Of a stretch of 32,000 nt of DNA, positions 1 through 7,324 are shown piece by piece. The first letter of the stretch is position 1. Every line of letters starts with the position of its first letter. The DNA is from Jatrophihabitans sp. (lineage in GTDB: Bacteria > Actinomycetota > Actinomycetes > Mycobacteriales > Jatrophihabitantaceae). The translations under genes were made by a program, and so were the position numbers. The notes below the pieces were generated by a model that saw only the letters and a list, made by a program, of their open reading frames with translations, was not told where the DNA came from and made no database searches. Where the stretch lies: contig NZ_DATINC010000185.1 in the NCBI RefSeq assembly GCF_035474675.1, positions 22,456-54,455 on the forward strand, given 5' to 3'.

Positions 1-20
1 GTCACCGGAAACCGCGGCGC

Positions 21-890
21 TCACGGCTCGACCTGCCGGCCGCGCGGGTCCAGCAGCACCGTGCCGTCCGGATTGAGCTGGACCCGCAGCAGGGTGCCGG
101 GCGCGATCCGCTCCCGGATGTCGGGCGGCAGCTGCAGCGAGCCGTCCCGGCCGAGCACCGCGAAGTCCTCGCCGCCGTGCCCCTCGGCCCCGATCCGGCC
201 GTCCCGGATGGTGATGGTGCGGGGCATCCGGGCGGCCACCTCCGGGTCGTGGGTCACCGTGATCACCGTGGTGCCGACCGACCGGTTGACCGAGCCGATC
301 GCGGCCAGCACCTCGTCGCGGTAACGGTGGTCGAGCTGGCTGGTCGGCTCGTCGGCCAGCAGCAGGCCGGGCAGCGTCGCCATGCCGACCGCCACCGCCA
401 GCCGCTGCAGCTGGCCGGGGGTGAGCTCGACCAGCCGGCGCTCGGCGCAGTCGGCCAGCGACAGCAGGTCCAGCACCTCCCGCGGCCGGGGCAGCTCGCG
501 CGCCCCCAGCCGGCGGGCCGCCTTCTGCGCGAACGCCACGTTCTGCTCCGGGGAGGCGTAGCTGAGCAGATTGCGCACCGCCGACTGCAGCACCGCCCCG
601 ATCTCGATCGCCCGCAACCGGTCGAGGTCGGCGTCGGCCAGCAGGCTCAGGTCGTGCTCGCCCACCCGCAACCGTCCGGCGCTGGGCCGCTGCACCCCGG
701 CCAGCAGGGTGATCAGCGTCGACTTGCCCGACCCGGACGGCCCGAGCAGGCCGACCAGCTGACCGGCCGGCACCTCCAGGTCGACGCTGGTCAGCGCCAC
801 CACGTCGTTGCCCTCCAGCCGGTAGATGTGCACCAGGCCGTGCGCCGACACCGACAGGCCACCGCTCCGGCCGGACACCAGGCTCGTCAC
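21..890 (-). CDS. ABC transporter ATP-binding protein (MacB/LolD-like)
   Basis: ORF 21..1007(-) trimmed to the GTG at 888-890 (VTSLVSG...). This start overlaps the TGA (887-889) of the upstream permease gene (GTGA coupling). Walker A GPSGSGKST, Walker B LLLADEPTSQLD, H-loop VTHD. The signature motif is atypical (LTPGQ rather than LSGGQ), and there is a ~60-aa C-terminal extension. Confidence 0.9.
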   Translation of the reverse strand: MTSLVSGRSGGLSVSAHGLVHIYRLEGNDVVALTSVDLEVPAGQLVGLLGPSGSGKSTLITLLAGVQRPSAGRLRVGEHDLSLLADADLDRLRAIEIGAVLQSAVRNLLSYASPEQNVAFAQKAARRLGARELPRPREVLDLLSLADCAERRLVELTPGQLQRLAVAVGMATLPGLLLADEPTSQLDHRYRDEVLAAIGSVNRSVGTTVITVTHDPEVAARMPRTITIRDGRIGAEGHGGEDFAVLGRDGSLQLPPDIRERIAPGTLLRVQLNPDGTVLLDPRGRQVEP

Positions 891-3800
891 TGGCCCTCCC
901 GCAGCACCGCGGGCGAGACGGCGCGCAGCATCACGGCCGCGGCTAGCGCCGCCGCGCAGCACAGCAGCACCGCTGCGCCGGCGACCGCCAGCAGGACGGC
1001 CGGCCACGCGGTGCGGTAACTGGGCAGCGGCACCGCCGCCGGGCTGACGAACAGCGCGATCGCCGGCAGCGCCAGCCGGGCCCCGGCAACCCCCACCACC
1101 GCACCGGCGAGCAGCCCGGCCAGCACCGCGAGCAGCTGCTCGGCCAGCACCGCCCGGCGCAACGGGGCCAGCGGCAGCCCGAGCAACCGCAACGCCGCCA
1201 GGTCATAGCTGCGCACCCGGCGCGAGGTGGCGGCCACGATCCCGATCACCAGCGCTGCCAGCAGGACGGCGACCACCCCGGCCGCCAGCGCCGCCCGCAA
1301 CGCCCAGGCCGGCGGCGCCTGGTCGTAGCCCGCCTGCCGGTCGGCCGCCGTCGACCGGCCGGTGACCGGGATGCCGGCCTCGGCCAGCAGCTGGGTCAGC
1401 CGCCGTTCCCGGGCCGGGTCCGCCGAGGCCAGCCAGACGCTGCCGGTGCTGTTGGTGAGCACCGACTCGCTGGCCGCGATCGCCAGGTCCAGGTCCACCA
1501 GCAGCGCACCGGTGCCGAGTCGGGGCAGGAAGGGCAGCGTCCCGACCGGCTGGCAGCCGGCCGACTCGCCGTCGATGCCGTGCGTGGCGACGGTGGCCTC
1601 GGCGGTCCCGTTGGTCCGGTCCGGTGCGGCGCCGGGGCCGGCCAGCAGGCACGGCAGGTTCACCGGGACGTCCAGGTGTTGCAGGGTGGCGTCCGACCCG
1701 TGGCTGACCGCCTGCAGCAGCAGGCCGCCGGTCGGCGCGGCGCTGAACGAGACGGTGGCCGCGGCGCCGGTCGCGGCCGCCTCCGCCTCGGCGTTGCGCC
1801 AGTCCTGCGGCCGGCCCAGCGACACCGGCTGCCAGCCGGCCGGGTCGGCGTCCGGGTTGACCTCCAGGCCGCGCAGCTGGATCGCGGTCCTGACCGCCAG
1901 GAAGTCGCCGACGGTCCGCACCAGCTCGATCCGGCTCAGCGTGCAGCCCCGCTCGCAGCCGGCCAGCCGGGCGCTCGGGCTGCCACCAGAGCCACCGGCC
2001 GGCATCGGCAGCAGCACGCTGGTCAACGAGCCGTCCGGACGGCGCACCCGCAGCCGCAGCGACACCGGTTGCGGCCGGTCGGGCGAGGTCGGGTCGTCGC
2101 TGACGATCCGGACACTGCCCAGCCGCAGCCGCACCGTCCGGCCGGTCAGCACGATCGGGGCGGGCGGGTCGGCCGGCACCAGCCGGTCCAGCAGCGGCTG
2201 CGGCGGGACGTCGCGGTCGAAGCCCCAGTCGGCGATCCGGTTCAGCTGCCGGTGGTCGACCGCCAGCACCGGGCTGGCGCCGCCGTCCGGACGCTGGACG
2301 ATCACCGCCATCGCGTAGTCGCCGCCCGGGTCGGCCGAGGCCACCACCGACCGGAGCGTGGCCGCCGTCGGGGCGGCGACGTCCAGCACCACCGCAGCAC
2401 CCGTCTCGCCCTGGGCCCGGGCGGCCCGATTGGCCGCCGCCACCTGCTCCTGGTCGACGCTGGAGACCAGCAGCGCCACCGCCACGCAGACCAGGGTGAG
2501 CACCCGGCGGAAGCCCGGCCGGCGGGCTGCCTGCAGGCCGGCCAGCGCGGTCGCCAGCCGGCCCCGCCAGAGCGTCCGGTGCCCGGCCCAGCGGGCGGCC
2601 CGCACCGCCAGCCGGCTCAGCAGCAGGCCGGTGAGGACGGCGATCAGGCTGGGGGTGACCAGCGCGGGCGCGCTGGTGCGGTCCCCGGTCAACGCCACCG
2701 CAACCCCGGCGCCGGCCGCCACCGCCAGCGCGATCTCGGCCGTTCCGGCGCCCCGGCCGGTCCGCGGGCCGACCGTGCGCAGCAGCTGCCCAATCGGCTG
2801 GGCCGCGGTCCGGCGGGCCAGCAGCGCGGCCAGTGCCAGCTCCACTCCGGCGACCGCGAGGCCGGCCAGCAGCACCGGCCAGCGCCACTCCGGTGCCACG
2901 CCGGCCGGCAGCCACCACCGGCACAGCAGCAGGCAGCCGAGCCAGGCCAGCAGCAGGCCGGGGACCAGCGTGCCGGCGACCAGCAGGGCGACCTCACCGG
3001 AGTACAGGCCGGCCGCGGCACCCTTGCGCTGGCCGCGCAGCCGGGCCAGGGCAAGCTCCGTGCGGCGCTGGTCGAGGCCGACCGCCACCACCAGGCCGAG
3101 CACCACCAGCACCACCAGCGCCAGCTGGACCGCCAGCGTCGGAATGATCACCCGGCTCTGCCGCCGTCCGGCGTCGGCTTGCTGCAGTAACGGGACCAGC
3201 GCCGAGCGGACGCTGCCCCGGTTCGGGTCGCCGGCCGGATGCGCGGCATCGATCCGGGCCTGGATGGCCTGCACCGCCTGCAGCAGCTGCCGGCTGCCGT
3301 CGATGGTGATCCGGCCGGCCGGCACCGGCAGGTCGGCGAAGTACCGGAACGGCGTGCTGCTACCGGCGGTCGCCGAGCGGCGGGCCGCCTCGAACGCGGC
3401 GATGCCGGCCGGCGAGAGCAGCAGGGCGTCGGAATGCTGCAGGTCCGGCAGGTCGCCCTGCGGCTCGTGCAGCACGCCGGCCTGGCTGGCGTAGGCCCGG
3501 TCGAACCAGTAGTCGGTGCCGGCGTCGAAGGGCTGGTAGAGGCCCACCACCCGGACCGCGCCGATCTCGTAGGCCGCCGAGCCGCCCCGGCCGGTCACCT
3601 CCAGCCGGTCGCCCAGGCCCACCCGCAGCGCCCGGGCGCTGGCGGAGCTGACCAGCACCTCCAGCCCGGCGGCGGGGCAGCGTCCGGCCACGATCCGCAG
3701 CTGCCGGCAGAGGTCGTCCCGGCCGGCCGCCACCGCGTCGAAGGCCGACCGTGGCGCCCGGACCGAGACATCGGTCTCGAAGCCGGTCACCGGGGTGGCG

Positions 3801-4051
3801 AACAGCGCGAGCTGCCGGCCGGTGGGCAGGTACGAGCGCACCTCGCCGGGCGAGGACGCGGTGATCGTCAGGCCCCGCTCGGCGGTTCCGGTGGAGCTCA
3901 GCTGGGACCGGATCGCCGCCTGCTCCACCGCCCGCTGGTACATCGGCCCGGCGGCGCACGCCGCGATGGCAATGGTGGACAGGACGGCGAGCAACACCGA
4001 CTGGCCGGCCCGGTGGCGAACCGAGCGCCACCACAGCCGGCCGTCGATCAT
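887..4051 (-). CDS. Large FtsX-family ABC transporter permease (two FtsX-like domains, ~1054 aa)
   Basis: ORF 887..4933(-) trimmed to the ATG at 4049-4051 (MIDGRLWWRSVRHRAG...). It has an N-terminal TM helix and two clusters of TM helices. Each cluster carries an FtsX-like motif (ELALARLRGQRKG... and YDLAALRLLGLPL...). It is stop/start-coupled to the ATPase gene. The 294 codons upstream of this ATG are Arg/Gly/Pro-rich and overlap the EamA gene in another frame. Confidence 0.8.
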   Translation of the reverse strand: MIDGRLWWRSVRHRAGQSVLLAVLSTIAIAACAAGPMYQRAVEQAAIRSQLSSTGTAERGLTITASSPGEVRSYLPTGRQLALFATPVTGFETDVSVRAPRSAFDAVAAGRDDLCRQLRIVAGRCPAAGLEVLVSSASARALRVGLGDRLEVTGRGGSAAYEIGAVRVVGLYQPFDAGTDYWFDRAYASQAGVLHEPQGDLPDLQHSDALLLSPAGIAAFEAARRSATAGSSTPFRYFADLPVPAGRITIDGSRQLLQAVQAIQARIDAAHPAGDPNRGSVRSALVPLLQQADAGRRQSRVIIPTLAVQLALVVLVVLGLVVAVGLDQRRTELALARLRGQRKGAAAGLYSGEVALLVAGTLVPGLLLAWLGCLLLCRWWLPAGVAPEWRWPVLLAGLAVAGVELALAALLARRTAAQPIGQLLRTVGPRTGRGAGTAEIALAVAAGAGVAVALTGDRTSAPALVTPSLIAVLTGLLLSRLAVRAARWAGHRTLWRGRLATALAGLQAARRPGFRRVLTLVCVAVALLVSSVDQEQVAAANRAARAQGETGAAVVLDVAAPTAATLRSVVASADPGGDYAMAVIVQRPDGGASPVLAVDHRQLNRIADWGFDRDVPPQPLLDRLVPADPPAPIVLTGRTVRLRLGSVRIVSDDPTSPDRPQPVSLRLRVRRPDGSLTSVLLPMPAGGSGGSPSARLAGCERGCTLSRIELVRTVGDFLAVRTAIQLRGLEVNPDADPAGWQPVSLGRPQDWRNAEAEAAATGAAATVSFSAAPTGGLLLQAVSHGSDATLQHLDVPVNLPCLLAGPGAAPDRTNGTAEATVATHGIDGESAGCQPVGTLPFLPRLGTGALLVDLDLAIAASESVLTNSTGSVWLASADPARERRLTQLLAEAGIPVTGRSTAADRQAGYDQAPPAWALRAALAAGVVAVLLAALVIGIVAATSRRVRSYDLAALRLLGLPLAPLRRAVLAEQLLAVLAGLLAGAVVGVAGARLALPAIALFVSPAAVPLPSYRTAWPAVLLAVAGAAVLLCCAAALAAAVMLRAVSPAVLREGQ

Positions 4052-4056
4052 GGCCG

Positions 4057-5016
4057 TCAGGCTAACTCGGCCGGCGCCACCACCTCGGGTCGGCGCACCC
4101 GTGCCGGACGCAGCAGCACCACCGCCGCCAGCACCACCGCCGCCCCGACCGCCTGCCAGGCGGTCAGCCGCTCGCCGAACACCACGATGGCCGAGGCCGC
4201 GGTGACCAGCGGCTCCAGGCAGGACAGGATCGCCGCCGTGGAGGGGCCGACCAGCCGCAGGCCGGCCAGGAAGCAGCCGATCGAGACCACGCTGGACACC
4301 AGCGCCAGCGGCAGCAGCCAGAGCCAGCCGGACGGGGCGGCCGGCACCCGCAGCGAGCCGCTGCCCGCCCCGAACAGGGTCACGCTGACCGCCGCACTGC
4401 TGCACACCAGCGCCGAGAGCAGGTAGACGTCGATGTCGGCGGGCAGGTCGTTGGCCACCAGGATGTAGAGCGCGTAGGTCACCGCCGAGCAGAACGCCAG
4501 CAACACCCCGGCCGGCGCCACCGGGCCGTGCGAACCGGCCGAGCCGAGCAGCAGCGCCAGGCCCGACACCGAGCAGCCGAGGGCGGCCAGCTTGCGCCGG
4601 CTGGCCCGCTCGCGGCGCAACGCCACCCCGAGCACCAGCACGACGGCGGGGTAGACGTAGAGGATCTGGGCGGTCAGCGAGGCGTCGATGCGGGTGAGCG
4701 CACTGAAGTAGCAGGCGGCCTGGACGGCGTAGCCGAGCCCGCCGAGGGCAAGGCAGGTCAGCAACACCCGGGGTCCGGGCAGCGCCGGGCGGCGGATCGC
4801 CACGATCACCCAGAACACCAGCGCCGCGAGCCCGAACCGGCCGGCCAGCATCGCGCTGACGCTGAAGCCGGCGGCGAAGCACTCCTTGGCGAACAGCGCG
4901 GCCAGCCCGAAGGCGGTCGCCGACAGCATGCACAGCCCCATGCCCAGCACCGCACCCGACCGGGCAGCGGATGCGCCGGCCGCCGGGCGGGGCAGTTCCA
5001 GGGTGGTCTGGGTCAC
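4057..5016 (-). CDS. EamA/DMT-superfamily transporter
   Basis: 319-aa very hydrophobic ORF with about 10 TM helices in two similar halves, typical of EamA-domain exporters. GTG start at 5014-5016. The stop lies only 5 nt upstream of the permease start, so co-transcription is likely. It is divergent from the LysR gene. Confidence 0.75.
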   Translation of the reverse strand: MTQTTLELPRPAAGASAARSGAVLGMGLCMLSATAFGLAALFAKECFAAGFSVSAMLAGRFGLAALVFWVIVAIRRPALPGPRVLLTCLALGGLGYAVQAACYFSALTRIDASLTAQILYVYPAVVLVLGVALRRERASRRKLAALGCSVSGLALLLGSAGSHGPVAPAGVLLAFCSAVTYALYILVANDLPADIDVYLLSALVCSSAAVSVTLFGAGSGSLRVPAAPSGWLWLLPLALVSSVVSIGCFLAGLRLVGPSTAAILSCLEPLVTAASAIVVFGERLTAWQAVGAAVVLAAVVLLRPARVRRPEVVAPAELA

Positions 5017-5087
5017 CGGCTCAACGTACGGGCAGCGCCATAGATCGAGGTAGCCTTGGTTTCCTTCACCTGTCGAAGGGAAATCCT

Positions 5088-6011
5088 TTGATTTCGCTGC
5101 ACCAGCTGCGTTGCTTCCTGGCCACCTTCGAGCACGGCTCGTTCACCGCCGCGGCCGCCGAGCTGGGCCTGGCGCAGCCCTCGATCTCCGAGCAGGTCCG
5201 GCTGCTGGAGCAGGGCCTCGACGCGCCGCTGTTCGACCGCGTCGGCCGCGGCCTGGTGCCGACCGAGGCCGCCCGCGCGCTGCGCCCGCACGCCGAGCGC
5301 GCGCTGACCGCGGTCGCCGAGGCCGGCCAGGCGGTCGCCTCGGTGCGCGACGTGCTGGAGGGCACCATCCGGTTCGGGGTGTTCGGCACCGCCCGGGTGT
5401 ACCTGGGCAGCGCGCTGGTGGCCGACGTGCTGCGCGAGCACCCGCGGGTCCGGCTGGAGCTGATCGGCCAGCACTCCACCGAGGTGCTGACCGACCTGCG
5501 GCACGGCCGGCTGGAGGCGGCGGTGATCGCGCTGCCGATTGCCGACGAGGGCCTGCAGGTGCAGCCGCTGATGCGCGACGAGGTGGTCTACGTCAGCGCC
5601 GACCCGCAGCGGGTGCGCAAGCCGGTCACCGCCACCGAGCTCGCCGCCGCGCCACTGGTGCTGTCGGAGGCCAGCTGGGGCAACGAGGACTCCACCCGGC
5701 GCCAGATCGCCCGGGCGGTCCAGTCGGTCGGCGGGACGCTGCGGCCCCGGATCGAGGTGGAGGACATCGAGACCGCCCTGGAGGTGGCGGCGCTGGGCCT
5801 GGCCGACACGGTCACCGCCCGCGGGCTGCTGCACGGGCTGGGCGACCGGCTCTCCCCCGTCCTGCGGTGGGCGTCGCTGCGGCCGCGGATCTACGACGAG
5901 TTCGCGGTGGTGTTCCGGCAGGGCGCCACCCTGTCACCGGCCAGCCGGATGGTGGTGACGCTGGCGGCGGCCCGGATGCGCGCCATCGGCGCGGCCGCGG
6001 CCGGCCGCTGA
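5088..6011 (+). CDS. LysR-family transcriptional regulator
   Basis: ORF 4971..6011 trimmed to the TTG at 5088, which is preceded by GAAGGGAAA. The N-terminal HTH (LHQLRCFLATFEHGSFTAAAAELGLAQPSISEQVRLLEQ...LFDR) is a textbook LysR motif. The ~300 aa length fits, and it is divergent from a transporter gene as is usual for LysR regulators. Confidence 0.9.
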   Translation: MISLHQLRCFLATFEHGSFTAAAAELGLAQPSISEQVRLLEQGLDAPLFDRVGRGLVPTEAARALRPHAERALTAVAEAGQAVASVRDVLEGTIRFGVFGTARVYLGSALVADVLREHPRVRLELIGQHSTEVLTDLRHGRLEAAVIALPIADEGLQVQPLMRDEVVYVSADPQRVRKPVTATELAAAPLVLSEASWGNEDSTRRQIARAVQSVGGTLRPRIEVEDIETALEVAALGLADTVTARGLLHGLGDRLSPVLRWASLRPRIYDEFAVVFRQGATLSPASRMVVTLAAARMRAIGAAAAGR

Positions 6012-6034
6012 AGGGCTGGCGGGCGGCCAGCCCT
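6012..6034. terminator. GC-rich hairpin between convergent genes (candidate bidirectional terminator)
   Basis: Perfect 9-bp stem AGGGCTGGC (6012-6020) / GCCAGCCCT (6026-6034) with a 5-nt loop, starting immediately after the LysR TGA (6009-6011). A second 6-bp stem CCGGCC/GGCCGG lies at 6047-6063. There is no U-tract, which is common in actinobacteria. Confidence 0.4.
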
Positions 6035-6064
6035 GTCCCGTCCGGGCCGGCCCTGCAGGCCGGT

Positions 6065-6448
6065 TCAGCGCGGGTCGCTGCGCAGCGGGTGCTCGCGCGG
6101 CACCTGCACCAGCACGATCCGGATGCCGTCCGGGTCGGCGATCCACATCTCGACCAGCCCCCACGGCTCGGTCTGCGGCGCTCGCAGCACCGGCACCCCG
6201 AGCGCGGCCAGCCGGGTGTGCTCGGCGCCGACGTCGCGCACCTGCAACCACAGCTCCAGGCCGGTCGCCGGCCCGTCCGCCGACCGGCCGGACACCTCGA
6301 GCAGCCCGTTGCCCAGGAAGTACACCTCGCCGCCGGCGAACTCCCGGTACACCGCCAGGCCGAGGATCTCGCGGTAGAAGCGCTGGCTGGCCGCCAGGTC
6401 GCGCGGGCGCAGCAGCAGCCGGCTGCTCAGGACGTCCATGGCTGCCAT
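6065..6448 (-). CDS. VOC / glyoxalase-bleomycin resistance family protein
   Basis: C-terminal 127 aa of ORF 6065..7291(-), starting at MAAMDVLSSRLLLRPRDLAASQRFYREILGL.... Size and the FY..lLG N-terminal pattern fit the glyoxalase/VOC fold. The upstream part of the ORF is low-complexity and overlaps the peptidase gene antisense. Confidence 0.8.
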   Translation of the reverse strand: MAAMDVLSSRLLLRPRDLAASQRFYREILGLAVYREFAGGEVYFLGNGLLEVSGRSADGPATGLELWLQVRDVGAEHTRLAALGVPVLRAPQTEPWGLVEMWIADPDGIRIVLVQVPREHPLRSDPR

Positions 6449-6586
6449 GATGCCGCGCGGCTGCAGCGGCGAGCCTCTCAAGCTGTGTCTAACCACCCGG
6501 CCGCACCGGGTGTCGGCGGGTCCCGCCGGAGGGCTGCGGCTTGCTGCCGGAAGACCCGGATTCGGCAGGTCGATAGATTTGCCGGT

Positions 6587-7324
6587 ATGACGGCAGCCGA
6601 ACCGACCATTCTGGCCACCTCGGGCGGCATGGCGCCCGCCCGACGGACCCGCTGGGAGTTCAGCCCGCTCACCGACTACGCCGTGGAGCTCGCCGGCGTC
6701 TCCGGCCGGGCCCCGCGGGTGTGCTTCCTGGCCACCGCGATGGGCGACAGCTCCGAGCAGATCAGGAACTTCTACGACGCCGCCCTGCAGCGCGGCTTCG
6801 CCCCGAGCCACCTGGCGCTGATCCCGATGCCCAACGTCGCCGACCCGCGCGAGCTGCTGCTGGGCCAGGACGTGATCTGGGTGCTCGGCGGCAGCGTGGC
6901 CGGCCTGCTGGCGCTCTGGCGGCTGCACGGGATCGGCGAGGTGATGCGCGAGGCCTGGCAGGCCGGGGTGGTGCTGACCGGGGTGTCGGCCGGTTCCATC
7001 TGCTGGCACACCGGCGGCACCACCGACTCCTACGGGCCGCAACTTCGCCCGGTCACCGACGGCCTGGGCCTGGTGCCGTTCTCCAACGGCGTGCACTACG
7101 ACAGCGAGCCGGGGCGCCGGCCGGTCTTCCAGTCCCTGATCGGCGACGGCACGCTGGCCGACGGCTACGCCACCGAGGACGGCACCGGCGTGCTGTACCG
7201 GGGCGAGCGCTTCGTCGAGGCGGTGTCCGAGCAGGACGGGAAGCTGGCCTACTCCGTCACCCGGTCCGCGGACGGGAAGGTAGTCGAGCAACCGCTGGAG
7301 ACCCGGCTGCTGACCTCGCCGTGA
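6587..7324 (+). CDS. Peptidase S51 (peptidase E-like) family protein
   Basis: Last 245 aa of ORF 5111..7324, from the ATG at 6587 (MTAAEPTILATSGG...). The GVSAGS nucleophile-type motif, the downstream NGVHYDSE and the ~240 aa size match the S51 / cyanophycinase-like fold. The stop overlaps the helicase GTG. Confidence 0.8.
   Translation: MTAAEPTILATSGGMAPARRTRWEFSPLTDYAVELAGVSGRAPRVCFLATAMGDSSEQIRNFYDAALQRGFAPSHLALIPMPNVADPRELLLGQDVIWVLGGSVAGLLALWRLHGIGEVMREAWQAGVVLTGVSAGSICWHTGGTTDSYGPQLRPVTDGLGLVPFSNGVHYDSEPGRRPVFQSLIGDGTLADGYATEDGTGVLYRGERFVEAVSEQDGKLAYSVTRSADGKVVEQPLETRLLTSP

Noticed and set aside
1203-3190. Long ORFs 1203..2924(-), 1362..2318(+), 1580..3190(+) and 2358..3494(+) inside the permease gene
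   Set aside because: The translations are dominated by R, G, P and A with no motifs. They lie in alternative or antisense frames of a gene with clear FtsX features. These are typical shadow ORFs of a >70% GC genome.
4052-4933. N-terminal 294 codons of the 1348-aa ORF 887..4933(-)
   Set aside because: This stretch is Arg/Gly/Pro/Ala-rich low-complexity sequence that overlaps the well-supported EamA gene in another frame. The permease has a convincing ATG at 4051, followed directly by a typical N-terminal TM helix. It is a high-GC open-frame artefact.
5111-6586. Upstream 492 codons of ORF 5111..7324(+)
   Set aside because: This part runs through the LysR gene in another frame and antisense through the VOC gene, and its composition is Arg/Pro/Gly junk. 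The recognisable S51 peptidase begins at the ATG at 6587.
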